In this document: piece after piece, positions 1 through 8,787 of the stretch | Layout: every line of letters starts with the position of its first letter | Numbering within the stretch: position 1 is the first letter of the stretch | Source of the DNA: Actinomycetes bacterium | Lineage (GTDB): Bacteria; Actinomycetota; Acidimicrobiia; IMCC26256; Chersky-534 | Assembly: GCA_025463865.1 (NCBI GenBank) | Contig: JAODBH010000083.1 | Location: 1 to 61,335 of the forward strand | Reading direction: 5' to 3' | DNA length: 61,335 bases | The notes under the pieces: generated by a model | The model's database searches: none | Told to the model about the DNA's origin: nothing | What the model saw: the letters and a program-made list of their open reading frames with translations, nothing else | Translations under genes and position numbers: made by a program

Positions 1-1008
1 GTTGCTGCCGAGCTGACGGTCTTCCAGCGCACCGCGACGTACGCCGTTCCCGCACGGAACCGCCCACTCGATCCCGAGACGGTGGCGGCGGTGAAAGCGG
101 ATTACCGCGCGATCCGTCAACGGCAACGGGCGATGCCTGGCGGCATCGGCGCCGCACTCCCGGGCCCAGCAGTCTCCGCGATGTCCCTCGACGACGACGA
201 GCGCATCCGCCTGACCGAGCGGGCCTGGGACCACGGTGGCTTCGCGTTCCCGACCACGTTCAACGACACCATGGTCGACCCGCGCGCGAATCACCTGCTG
301 GCCGAGTTCGTCCGCGACAAGATCCGCGGGGTCGTACGCGATCCCGAGACCGCCGAAAAGCTCTGCCCGAAGCACCTCATCAGCTGCAAGCGCCTGTGCC
401 TCGAAAGCGGCTACTACGAGAGCTTCAACCGACCGAATGTGCGCTTGATCGCGCTCGGCGAGCGCGGCATCGAGCGGATCACCCGTACCGCCGTGATCGT
501 GGACGGCGAGCGTCACGAGCTCGACGCGTTGATCATGGCCACCGGCTTCGACGCCATGACCGGATCACTGCTGGCGGTCGACATCGTCGGCCGCGACGGG
601 GTCCTCCTGAACGACACGTGGGCGTCCGGACCGGTCACGTACCTGGGTCTCGGCGTACCCGGATTCCCGAACCTGTTCTCGGTCTCCGGCCCGGGCAGTC
701 CGTCGGTCCTGACCAACATGGTCCTCGCGGCCGAGCAGCACATCGACTGGATCGCCGACTGCCTCGTGTTCCTCCGCGACACCGGCCGGCGGACCGTGGA
801 AGCGACACCGGAGGCCGCGCGCGACTGGGTCGACCACGTGAACGCGGTGGCCAACCGCACCCTCTATCCGACGTGCAACTCCTGGTACCTCGGCGCCAAC
901 GTCCCCGGGAAGCCACGCGTGTTCATGCCGCTCCTCGGCTTCCCGCCGTATGAGGAACGCTGCAACGCGGTCGCCGCCGCCGACTACGAGGGATTCGAGA
1001 TCGCCTGA
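1..1008 (+). CDS. Baeyer-Villiger-type flavin monooxygenase, C-terminal part (5' end outside window)
   Basis: Frame 1 is open from base 1 (VAAELTVFQRTATYAVPARN) and continues into the listed ORF 82..1008. The LTVFQRT, ATGFDAMTG and WYLGANVPGKPRVFMP segments are typical of cyclohexanone-monooxygenase-like enzymes. Confidence 0.6.
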   Translation, partial: VAAELTVFQRTATYAVPARNRPLDPETVAAVKADYRAIRQRQRAMPGGIGAALPGPAVSAMSLDDDERIRLTERAWDHGGFAFPTTFNDTMVDPRANHLLAEFVRDKIRGVVRDPETAEKLCPKHLISCKRLCLESGYYESFNRPNVRLIALGERGIERITRTAVIVDGERHELDALIMATGFDAMTGSLLAVDIVGRDGVLLNDTWASGPVTYLGLGVPGFPNLFSVSGPGSPSVLTNMVLAAEQHIDWIADCLVFLRDTGRRTVEATPEAARDWVDHVNAVANRTLYPTCNSWYLGANVPGKPRVFMPLLGFPPYEERCNAVAAADYEGFEIA

Positions 1009-1030
1009 GCAATCCCTCCTCGTTGCCTTC

Positions 1031-1090
1031 GGAGGCGCTCAAAGCGCTTCCACGCGGGACGGCGACGCGGCCGCAGCCGCGTCGCCGTCC
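1031..1090. terminator. Two tandem GC-rich hairpins in a convergent intergenic gap (putative bidirectional terminator)
   Basis: GGAGGCGCT-caa-AGCGCTTCC (1031..1051, one mismatch), then a perfect 15-bp inverted repeat GGACGGCGACGCGGC-cgca-GCCGCGTCGCCGTCC (1057..1090). They lie between the stops at 1008 (+) and 1119 (-). No U-tract. Confidence 0.45.
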
Positions 1091-1118
1091 GACGCTCGAT
1101 ACGCAGTGTCCGCGTCGG

Positions 1119-1652
1119 TCAGCCGTCGTGGCCCGAACCCGAGTCCGAACCGCTGCTTCCGGACCCACTGTTCGCACTCGGGCCCCGGTCGCCGCCGTGG
1201 TCGTCGTTGACGTCGTGGTTCACGCCGTCGTCGGCCCCACGACCACCGTGGTCGTCGTTGATGTCGTGGTTGGCCGGGTCGTCCGCATCGTGATCGTCGC
1301 CCAGGCCATGGTCATCAGCGATCGTCGCTGCGGGCGCCGGCGCGGCGGGCACAGGAGCCGCCGACGTGACCGGCGGCGGCGTGGTTGCCCGCTCGTTGGC
1401 GTCGTGGTTGGCCGGGTCGTCCGCTCCCTGGCCGCCAACCAGGCCACCGTGATCGTCGACGGTGGTGGTTGTGGGCGCAGGCGGTACAGCCACGGCCGCC
1501 AGCGGCTGCTTGGTGGTGGTCGTCGTCCGGTGCTCGGTCACGCGATGGGGCAAAGGCTGCGTGCCGACGGAGCCGGCGGCAGCGTACGCGACGCCGCCCA
1601 TGAGGGGAATCGCGAGTGCGGCCAAGGCGACGGTTGCTCGACGCTTCAACAT
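1119..1652 (-). CDS. Secreted Asp/His-rich repeat protein (function unknown, possible metal binder)
   Basis: ATG at 1652 preceded by GGAAGGA. Signal peptide MLKRRATVALAALAIPLMGGVAYA-AA, Thr/Pro linkers, then repeats of DDHGG and ADDPANHD(A/I/V)N. C-terminal Ser/Gly tail. Confidence 0.6.
   Translation of the reverse strand: MLKRRATVALAALAIPLMGGVAYAAAGSVGTQPLPHRVTEHRTTTTTKQPLAAVAVPPAPTTTTVDDHGGLVGGQGADDPANHDANERATTPPPVTSAAPVPAAPAPAATIADDHGLGDDHDADDPANHDINDDHGGRGADDGVNHDVNDDHGGDRGPSANSGSGSSGSDSGSGHDG
1191..1457 (-). repeat. In-frame degenerate tandem repeats encoding the DDHG / (A/G)DD(P/G)(A/V)NHDxN motifs
   Basis: DDHG occurs 4 times (aa 66, 113, 133, 150) and the xDDxxNHDxN motif 3 times. 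Related nucleotide units are visible, e.g. ccgtggtcgtcgttgacgtcgtggtt / ccgtggtcgtcgttgatgtcgtggtt. Confidence 0.7.
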
Positions 1653-1962
1653 GGAATGTCCTTCCGTTGCCGGGTGGTCTCACCAGCATCGGGAACATGG
1701 AGTCACAGTCTCTAGTGTCCGTTCGTCCTAGTACTGACCGTGGCAAGACGACTGCAGACGGAGACCGACGCGCATCCTGCGTCTCCTGACGTCCTCTGCG
1801 AAACCGTCAGCGAGCAGGCACATTGCATGCCGGGTCTATCCTCACGGCGACGAGTGCTTCCCCGAGGTACGGGGCGTGCGGTCATGGCTGTGGCCGGCCG
1901 TCCGGCACAAGTCGGCCAGGCGCTGACCAGGTCGTTCAACCAGTGTTCCGGGAGAAACGCCA

Positions 1963-2787
1963 GTGAGACTTGGACCCAGCAGGACCGCCTGGCGACGGGG
2001 TTGGACGATCGTCCTCCCGACCCTGGTCCTCACGGCCGCGCTCGCGGTCGGCGCCGGCATCTATCTGCGAACCCGGTACACCGCGTCGGGCACGCTCATC
2101 TTCCTCGCCGCGAACAGCAACCGAACCAGCAATCCCTACGCCAACTTCCAGCCGGGACTCCAGGCGACCGCGATCGTCGTCGGTGACAGCGTCGGTTCGA
2201 GAGCGACGCGCGCGCAGTTCGAGACGGACGGTTTCGACGGCGGCTACACGATCGCGCAACCGTCGGATCCGACCGGAGCCGGCGTTCCCGCGTTGCAGTT
2301 GTCGGTGACGACCCCTCACGCCGAGTCGACGATGTCGACGCTGAAGCACCTCTCGTCCGAGGTTCGGGACGAGCTCGCCCGCCGGGAAAAGGCGGTCGGG
2401 GCGCCGAAGCGGACGTGGATCCAGGCCCACACGGCGAGCATGGACACCGCCGCGACGAAGCAACACGGCAACGCGCCGATCATCGTCGGGCTGATCGTCA
2501 TCATCGGCCTCGCGACGAGTATCGGCTTGACGCTCCTCGCCGAGAGCCGGGCGCGCCGCCTGCGCCGCCGGGCTGCCTTGTTGGCTGCCGGCGACGTTCC
2601 ACGGGCGACCCTTCCGTCGGACCCGCGCGCGCTGAACCTCGCGTTGGAGGCGTTCCGGACCGCGCTCGCGGTCGCCCAGGACGTCGCGGGACCCAAAGTT
2701 GCCTCTGCGGATTCCGCTCCTGCGGGATCCCGCTCCGAAGGGGCACGTGCGTCCGGCAGCGGAGGACCGGATACGCCGAACGCGTAG
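1963..2787 (+). CDS. Bitopic membrane protein with polysaccharide co-polymerase (Wzz)-like topology
   Basis: GTG start. N-terminal TM (WTIVLPTLVLTAALAVGAGIYL) followed by YTASGTLIF, a roughly 150-aa extracytoplasmic segment, a second TM (APIIVGLIVIIGLATSIGLTLLA) and a basic/Pro-rich tail. No glycosyltransferase genes nearby. Confidence 0.4.
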   Translation: MRLGPSRTAWRRGWTIVLPTLVLTAALAVGAGIYLRTRYTASGTLIFLAANSNRTSNPYANFQPGLQATAIVVGDSVGSRATRAQFETDGFDGGYTIAQPSDPTGAGVPALQLSVTTPHAESTMSTLKHLSSEVRDELARREKAVGAPKRTWIQAHTASMDTAATKQHGNAPIIVGLIVIIGLATSIGLTLLAESRARRLRRRAALLAAGDVPRATLPSDPRALNLALEAFRTALAVAQDVAGPKVASADSAPAGSRSEGARASGSGGPDTPNA

Positions 2788-2866
2788 CGGGTGTCTCACG
2801 CTCACGTCGATCGGTCCGACGCGGAATCATTGGAACCGAAGCCCCATCCGGTGACTTAGCCCTCGT

Positions 2867-3385
2867 GTGAGAGCAACCGCCGAGGATCGTGAACCATCGC
2901 CGTTGGCGCCGGTGGCCGGAGAAGGTGCGCGGATACGGGTGGACGAGCAGTTCGAGGATTTCTATCGGCGCACGCTGCCCCGCATGGCCCGGCTCGCGTC
3001 TGCGTTCATCGCGAATCCCGAGGACTGTGCCGACGTCGTGCACGACGCCTACGTCGGCATGTTTCATCCCTTCCGACGCCTGCCCGCGCACGAGGTCGAT
3101 ACGTACCTGCGCACCGTCGTCGCAAACCGATGTCGGAGGTTTCTCCGACGCCAGAGCATGCGGCGAACTCTTCTCCGTGCGAGTCCGGTAGTCACCCATA
3201 CCGACGGCGACTACCTCCTCGACGCGGTGCGCAAGCTCAGCGCGTCCCGTCGCGACGTCGTGCTCCTCCGCTTCTACGCCGACTGCTCCGAGGCCGAGAT
3301 CGCCCGGACGCTGAACATCAAACCGGGCACGGTGAAGTCACGGCTCCACCGTGCGCTGATCGAGCTGAGGACGGTGCTCTCGTGA
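2867..3385 (+). CDS. ECF-type RNA polymerase sigma-70 family factor
   Basis: Region 2 (DVVHDAYVGMF, YLRTVVANRCRRFLRRQ) and region 4 HTH (VVLLRFYADCSEAEIARTLNIKPGTVKSRLHRAL). GTG start, exact start uncertain. Confidence 0.8.
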   Translation: MRATAEDREPSPLAPVAGEGARIRVDEQFEDFYRRTLPRMARLASAFIANPEDCADVVHDAYVGMFHPFRRLPAHEVDTYLRTVVANRCRRFLRRQSMRRTLLRASPVVTHTDGDYLLDAVRKLSASRRDVVLLRFYADCSEAEIARTLNIKPGTVKSRLHRALIELRTVLS

Positions 3386-4569
3386 GCGACCGCGACCACG
3401 ACGAACCGGTCGAGCGACGCCTCGTTGCTTCGGCGCAGGCGCGCTCGGTACCGGAGATGGCGCCAGATCCGGTCAGGATCAGCGCCGGCCTCAGGGGCCT
3501 CCGCCGCCGGCGGCGCCTGCGGTTGGTCGGCGGCTGTGCGGTGCTGGTGTTGGCCGCGGCCGTCGGATTCAGCGCTGCGAATCGGGATGGCGACCACGCA
3601 CGCATCAAGGTCTCGGAGACCGTCGCTCCTTCCTGGTCCGTAGAGAACCCGGGGCCGCAGTCCGCTCAACCCACCAGCGCCACGGTGCCGCGCATGGCCG
3701 CGCGTCCCGGAGCCGACTTCGTCGTGAGCCCCCGCGCGCTGACGTCGGGCGTCCCGGGCGCGATCACGGGCGCGTCCGCCGTTTGCCTGGAGTGGGAGCC
3801 CGGCCGTTGTACCCGCCCGCAGGGCTTCGACGACGTGACCCTGACCATGAACGGTCAACCCGGTCGGGTCGCCTACGCCGAGACCATCTTCGGACCGACG
3901 CGTTGGCGCCGCGCGATCCAGGCGTTCTCGCCCAATGTCGTCACCACCAGCACCCTGGTCAACGGGCATCCAACGCTCGTCGCGCCAGCGACGGACAACA
4001 CCGGACAGACGGTCTTCGTGCAATGGGAGGATCCCGGCGGCGCCGACATCATCGTCTCGGGGAGCGGTGCGCTCTTCACGCCGGAGCAGCTCGTCGCCGT
4101 CGCGAGCGGGCTCCGCGTCGCGTCGGCCACGGTGCCCGCTTCGGTCGCGGTCGCGACTGTCGACGGCAGTCCACCCCGCGGTTGGTACGCGCGGAAGACC
4201 AAGTCCTACCAACCAGGCGAATCGACGTATCTCACGACCCAGACCATCGGCTCGCCCGGTATCCGCTGCCTCGGCATTGGCGTCCGACCGGACTGCACGA
4301 CCACCAGTAAGGACGCGCCCGTCGCCTTCTCGAGCCCGCTACACCCTGCCGTCGCGGGTTTGGCTCCCGCCGGCACGACACGGATCGAGGGCCGCATGCC
4401 CGATGGGAAGACCTTCACCTTCTCGCCCTCAAGCTCCGGACCCAACCGACGCTTCCGCTACTACGCGCACTGGCTCCCGAACCAGACCGTCGGGCCCGTC
4501 CAGCTGACGATGCGCGACCAGCGTGGCGCCGTCGTCGCCCGGGTCACGGCTCCGGCGCCTGAGGAGTGA
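3382..4569 (+). CDS. Single-pass membrane protein, putative cognate anti-sigma factor
   Basis: GTG 3382 overlaps the sigma stop (GTGA). Short cytoplasmic N terminus, Arg-rich stop-transfer plus TM (RRRRRLRLVGGCAVLVLAAAVGF), and a roughly 330-aa extracytoplasmic domain with no recognised motif. The listed ORF 3130.. is an upstream extension in the same frame. Confidence 0.5.
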   Translation: MSDRDHDEPVERRLVASAQARSVPEMAPDPVRISAGLRGLRRRRRLRLVGGCAVLVLAAAVGFSAANRDGDHARIKVSETVAPSWSVENPGPQSAQPTSATVPRMAARPGADFVVSPRALTSGVPGAITGASAVCLEWEPGRCTRPQGFDDVTLTMNGQPGRVAYAETIFGPTRWRRAIQAFSPNVVTTSTLVNGHPTLVAPATDNTGQTVFVQWEDPGGADIIVSGSGALFTPEQLVAVASGLRVASATVPASVAVATVDGSPPRGWYARKTKSYQPGESTYLTTQTIGSPGIRCLGIGVRPDCTTTSKDAPVAFSSPLHPAVAGLAPAGTTRIEGRMPDGKTFTFSPSSSGPNRRFRYYAHWLPNQTVGPVQLTMRDQRGAVVARVTAPAPEE

Positions 4570-4602
4570 GATCGCCATCCGGTGACCGCCGGGCGACCGG
4601 TG

Positions 4603-4908
4603 CTACGTCGACATCCGCTGCAGGCGGCCGAAGATGTCGGGCCCGAGGCGCAGGCCCTCCTCGGCCGAGACGGCCGGGCTCACGTCGATGTCGAACACGT
4701 CGTTCCACTCGAACTCGAACTCCAACAGAGCAGCCACATCCTCGGCCGAGAAGATGGCCACCACCTGCACGTCCGCGGCGAGTGGCCAGAACTCGGCGAT
4801 GACCCGGACGCCGTCCGGATACTTCCAGCCCGCTCGTCGGAGCAGCGCGGCATCACGGTCCGCGCCGCTGACCGAGTCGCGGAAGCTCAAGCGCGCCACG
4901 TAGTCCAT
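4603..4908 (-). CDS. Small conserved hypothetical protein (DUF3303-like)
   Basis: 101-aa ORF with good third-position GC. The W.YPDGV..I.E.W........V.IF.AED..AL.....W.DVFDIDV.PAVS.EE pattern resembles DUF3303 proteins. Assignment by eye only. Confidence 0.45.
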   Translation of the reverse strand: MDYVARLSFRDSVSGADRDAALLRRAGWKYPDGVRVIAEFWPLAADVQVVAIFSAEDVAALLEFEFEWNDVFDIDVSPAVSAEEGLRLGPDIFGRLQRMST

Positions 4909-5030
4909 GTCGGCAACCTTTCGGAGTCGTGGTCGATGCGAAGCTGGCGCGATTGTCGCGCCCGCACCCGCGGACGAACATGGTCAATCTCGGCCTCATC
5001 CCCCTGATCGCGCGGCTCCGAACTGGCTCC

Positions 5031-5273
5031 ATGGCGAAGTTCACCGTGCTCGTCGACGACATCGGCTATCTGGACCTCAACGTGGATGACCCCGCCTCGA
5101 ACCGGTGGACCGGCCGGGCGTACGGCGGCCACGAAGCGGGGCTCCTGTCCTTCACGCCCGGGGTCCTCCGGCTGCGCATCGTCAACGGCGCCCTCTCGGG
5201 ACGCGAGGCCACCGCGGTGCTTCGGGTCGACTCCGGGCACGCGGTGCTCATCGGCGAGGGACCGTTCGGCTGA
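5031..5273 (+). CDS. Hypothetical protein
   Basis: Internal ATG (MAKFTVLVDD) of ORF 4929..5273. No recognisable motif; coding status rests on ORF length and codon bias only. Confidence 0.3.
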   Translation: MAKFTVLVDDIGYLDLNVDDPASNRWTGRAYGGHEAGLLSFTPGVLRLRIVNGALSGREATAVLRVDSGHAVLIGEGPFG

Positions 5274-5282
5274 GCGACGGCG

Positions 5283-5840
5283 TCAGGCGCCGGTCCAGCA
5301 CCCCATCACGGTCGCGGCGATGCCCTCGCCCGTCAGCGTCGGGCTCAGGTGCTGCTTCCCGAACTTCGGCGGGAGCTTGGTGACGTCGACCACGAGGACC
5401 TTCCAGTCCTTGCGGACCACCGAGGCCCCGTTGGTCGCGACGAACGCGCCCTGGCCGAGCGCCAGCTGCTCCGAGGTGCGGCCCATCTGCGTCGCGAGAC
5501 CTTCGAAGTAGGCCTTGGTCTCCGCCGCGCTGTCGAGCTCCTTGACCGAGAGCGTCGCCACACCGTCGGGATACTCGTACGTGCACGAGTAGACGTGGTC
5601 GATCCAGGTCGGCGTGCTGATGCGGGCCGGCGAAACTCCGAAGGCCTTCGCGATGTCACCGTTCGCCTCGGACCCGCAGACCATGCGCGCCGACTTCGAC
5701 GGGTTGACGCCGGCGGGCTTCGGCTTCACGGTCTTCACGGACGTACCCGACGGCGAGGCGGTCGAGGACGAGGATCCACAGCCGGCGAGGGCGCCGGCCA
5801 GCACCATGACCGCGAGCAGCGGACCGACGTGACGTCTCAC
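5283..5840 (-). CDS. Putative lipoprotein
   Basis: GTG 5840 gives VRRHVGPLLAVMVLAGALAG-C with the lipobox LAGC followed by a Ser-rich linker. The longer listed ORF (to 6092) is an upstream extension. Confidence 0.55.
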   Translation of the reverse strand: MRRHVGPLLAVMVLAGALAGCGSSSSTASPSGTSVKTVKPKPAGVNPSKSARMVCGSEANGDIAKAFGVSPARISTPTWIDHVYSCTYEYPDGVATLSVKELDSAAETKAYFEGLATQMGRTSEQLALGQGAFVATNGASVVRKDWKVLVVDVTKLPPKFGKQHLSPTLTGEGIAATVMGCWTGA

Positions 5841-5930
5841 GCCCGGCACGCTATCGACTCCGTTGGTTCGCGCGGCTTCGGGCAGTATTCGACGACCCGA
5901 TCCCCGTTCGCCCACAAGGAGGCCATTGCC

Positions 5931-6437
5931 ATGGAACGCGAAGCGCTCCGCGCGCTGCAGGACCCGTTGAAGGAGCGTTACCAGCAGGAGCCGGAGGGCG
6001 CGCTCGTGACGCTCAAGGCCGAGGGCACCCTCGGAGAAGGCATCACGTGCTCGGTGGCCACCGGGCGCGCGCTGGCCGAAGCGGGCCTGCATCCCGCGAC
6101 CGGCGGAGACGGCACCGCGTTGTGCTCGGGCGACATGCTCCTCGAGGCCCTCGCCGCCTGCGCCGGCGTGACGCTCCAGGCTGTCGCGACGTCGATCGAG
6201 GTGCCGGTGCGCGGCGGACGCGTGCGGGTCGAGGGCGATCTCGACTTCCGTGGGACGCTCGCGGTCGCCAAGGACGCGCCGGTCGGCTTCACCACCATCC
6301 GGGTCGACTTCGACCTGGACACCGATGCGTCGCGCGAGCAGCTCGACACGCTCGTCCGGCTCACCGAGCGCTACTGCGTGGTGCTGCAGACCATCACGAG
6401 CTCACCCGAGGTGAGCATCAGCCGCAACCCGGCGTGA
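5931..6437 (+). CDS. OsmC family peroxiredoxin-like protein
   Basis: ATG 5931 preceded by AAGGAGG. Contains GDGTALCSGDMLLEALAACAG and LTERYCVV, the two conserved Cys contexts of OsmC/Ohr proteins. Confidence 0.8.
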   Translation: MEREALRALQDPLKERYQQEPEGALVTLKAEGTLGEGITCSVATGRALAEAGLHPATGGDGTALCSGDMLLEALAACAGVTLQAVATSIEVPVRGGRVRVEGDLDFRGTLAVAKDAPVGFTTIRVDFDLDTDASREQLDTLVRLTERYCVVLQTITSSPEVSISRNPA

Positions 6438-7790
6438 CCGTTCGGCGGCCTCGATCGCCGGGAGGTCGATCTCGTGCTGCGCGTCGATCCAACGGTGCAC
6501 CCGGTCCATCGTCGTCCAGTACACGTCCTCCATGAGGTTGTGGCTGAACTCGCCGTGACGCCCGACGCTGAGGAGCCCGTCGATGCCGGTCGACTCCCGC
6601 AACGCCAGGCGGTCCTCCTCGTACTCGGCGAGGTAGACCGGATACGCGATCGGGGTGCGGACGACCCGGCACCCGAGGTAGCGCTCACGCACCCCCGGGA
6701 TGACGTCCTCGAGGTGGTCGACGCAGTAGTCGCCGAGCGCGTCGTCGTCCATCGTCCAATGCTCGTCACCGACCTCGGCGCCGATGTCGCAGAGGACCAT
6801 CGTCTTGCCCTCCGGCGCGAGCCAGGGCATCGACTGCGTCGCCTCGGTGAGCCGGAAGAAGGGGTAGCCAGTGGGGTACCAGGCCACGACGTCGGGGAGG
6901 AGGTCGCGGCCGGTGAGCTTGAGATTCACCATGACCATCGGCCGGTAGCGGAACCGCCGGTATTTCTCGAGCTTGTCCGATCCCTCCACCAGCTTGGGGA
7001 GGATGTTGATCGGTGCGGTGCTGACCACGGCCCGAACCGCGATCTCCTGGTCGTGCACGCGCACCGCCTGCACCTTGTCGTCGCGGACGACGATCGCCTG
7101 GACCGGCGAACTCACCTGGATCACGCCGGGCAACTGCTCGGCGATCCGCTCGCACAGCGTCGCCACCCCGTTCTCCGGATAGACGTGAAACACCGAGGCG
7201 CTCATCGGCTGGGCCCAGCAGTAGCCGACGCTGATGGCGCGGTTGGTCGCCTTGGCCAGGGCGTGCAGGAACATCGTGTGCGCGATCGACGCCGGGATCT
7301 TGTCGGCGACGGATGCAGCCAGCTCGTCGGCCGGCGAGCCCGACCAGGCCTCCAGCAGCGGCAGCGCGACCTCGTCGGCCAGGGCCTGCCCGTAGTCGCG
7401 TCGGAACCGCCAGGCGGCGGTGCTCGGATCTCCGTCCGGGGGTTGGACGCGGCCGCGCAGTGCTGACGCGAGGAACCGGGGCTTCTGCAACAACCCGTTG
7501 GGGTAGTCGACGTAGCGTCCGTCGATGAGCACCGTCTCGCCGTAGCGGTGCACGAGACGGCAGTCGCCGCTGATGCCGATCGCCGCCGCGAGCCGGTTCG
7601 TGATGAAGTGCGCGCCCATGTCGTAGGTGAACCCGTCGTCGTCGTGGTGCGTGCCCCCGAGCCCCGCGATGACGGGAGCAGCTTCGAACACCTTGACCGC
7701 GTAGCCGTTGCGTTGGAGCTCCAACGCAGCCACCAGACCCGCGATGCCGGCCCCTAACACCGCGATGGGCAGGTCGTCCGGGTCTCTCAT
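6402..7790 (-). CDS. NAD(P)/FAD-dependent oxidoreductase (amine-oxidase / phytoene-desaturase fold)
   Basis: ATG 7790. N-terminal dinucleotide motif IAVLGAGIAGLVAALEL..GY.V.VFE. The start overlaps the upstream methyltransferase stop (ATGA). The 3' end overlaps the OsmC 3' end by 36 nt (convergent). Confidence 0.75.
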   Translation of the reverse strand: MRDPDDLPIAVLGAGIAGLVAALELQRNGYAVKVFEAAPVIAGLGGTHHDDDGFTYDMGAHFITNRLAAAIGISGDCRLVHRYGETVLIDGRYVDYPNGLLQKPRFLASALRGRVQPPDGDPSTAAWRFRRDYGQALADEVALPLLEAWSGSPADELAASVADKIPASIAHTMFLHALAKATNRAISVGYCWAQPMSASVFHVYPENGVATLCERIAEQLPGVIQVSSPVQAIVVRDDKVQAVRVHDQEIAVRAVVSTAPINILPKLVEGSDKLEKYRRFRYRPMVMVNLKLTGRDLLPDVVAWYPTGYPFFRLTEATQSMPWLAPEGKTMVLCDIGAEVGDEHWTMDDDALGDYCVDHLEDVIPGVRERYLGCRVVRTPIAYPVYLAEYEEDRLALRESTGIDGLLSVGRHGEFSHNLMEDVYWTTMDRVHRWIDAQHEIDLPAIEAAERSRRVAADAHLG

Positions 7791-8743
7791 ACGGGCCTCC
7801 GCAGCTCGGCACGGATCAACGCGCCTTTTCCGGCCATCGTGAACGCGGCGTCGAACAACGTGAACACGCCCAGCGACACCGGGCTCGACAACGTAAACCG
7901 CGACACGACCGATTCCGGCGCGCCGTAGTCGTCGAGCAGGTTGCGGATCGAATACACCCAGTTCACCGGGCTCACGATCGTCTCGATGCCCACGACCTCG
8001 AGCCCGACCCGTCCGGCGAGCTTGCGCATCGACCGGTCGTTGAAGAGCGAGAAGTGGCGCGGGAAGTGGTAGCCACCCCAGTGGCGCCGCCCGAACACGC
8101 GGAAGTCGGGCGACCCCGTGTTGTCGGTGACGATGATCAGCCGACCGCCGGGCTTCAAGAGGCGGGTCACCGTGCGTAGCACTGCGGCGGGGTCGCCGAC
8201 GTGCTCGACGGTCTGGATCATGAAGGCCACGTCGTACGACGATGCAGGCAGATCGAGGGTCTCCACGGACCCTTCGTGCACCGTGAGTCCCCGTCGGCGC
8301 GCGGCTTCGACCGCACGCGGATCGAGGTCGACGCCTTCGAGCGTCCACGACGATCGGCCGTGTTGCCGGAGGAGGTCGAGATGGAAGCCGTCGCCGCACC
8401 CGACGTCGAGCACGCGAGCGTCGGCGGCAACGTCGCCGATCGACTTGATCAGTCGGTGCGCCTCGAGTCGGCTCCGCACCTTGTGGACGATGCCGAAGTC
8501 GGCTTCGGAGAAATCGAACGCGTGGTAGTCGTCGGGGTAGATCCGGCCCATGGCCGCGGGCGCAGGGCGCGGATCGAGATACACGACCGCGCAATCGCGA
8601 CAACGCAACGCGAGAAACGTGTCGGGGGCGGTGCGGTACTCGAAGTCCTCGCCCACCCCCGTCGGCACCCCGTCGGTCCGGCCGCAGATGGGGCAGCCGA
8701 CGTGTTCGAGTGGTAGTTCGTCATTCGCCACCATGCGGACCAT
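7787..8743 (-). CDS. Class I SAM-dependent methyltransferase with N-terminal Cys4 zinc-ribbon
   Basis: CPICG...CRDCAVVYLDP zinc ribbon, SAM motif I VLDVGCGDGFH, and a later LKPGGRLII motif. Confidence 0.75.
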   Translation of the reverse strand: MVRMVANDELPLEHVGCPICGRTDGVPTGVGEDFEYRTAPDTFLALRCRDCAVVYLDPRPAPAAMGRIYPDDYHAFDFSEADFGIVHKVRSRLEAHRLIKSIGDVAADARVLDVGCGDGFHLDLLRQHGRSSWTLEGVDLDPRAVEAARRRGLTVHEGSVETLDLPASSYDVAFMIQTVEHVGDPAAVLRTVTRLLKPGGRLIIVTDNTGSPDFRVFGRRHWGGYHFPRHFSLFNDRSMRKLAGRVGLEVVGIETIVSPVNWVYSIRNLLDDYGAPESVVSRFTLSSPVSLGVFTLFDAAFTMAGKGALIRAELRRPV

Positions 8744-8787
8744 GCGCAGAACCTAGCGACGTTACGTGGTCAGTGAAAGTCCAGATT

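Noticed and set aside
2832-2866. GGAAC at 2832..2836 as a possible ECF-type -35 element for an autoregulated, nearly leaderless sigma gene.
   Set aside because: No convincing CGT-type -10 lies at 16-17 nt spacing, and a single pentamer is too weak to call a promoter.
5349-5930. N-terminal extension of the OsmC ORF (listed as 5349..6437).
   Set aside because: The extension runs antisense to the lipoprotein gene and is low-complexity. The ATG at 5931 has a strong AAGGAGG, and the OsmC fold begins there.
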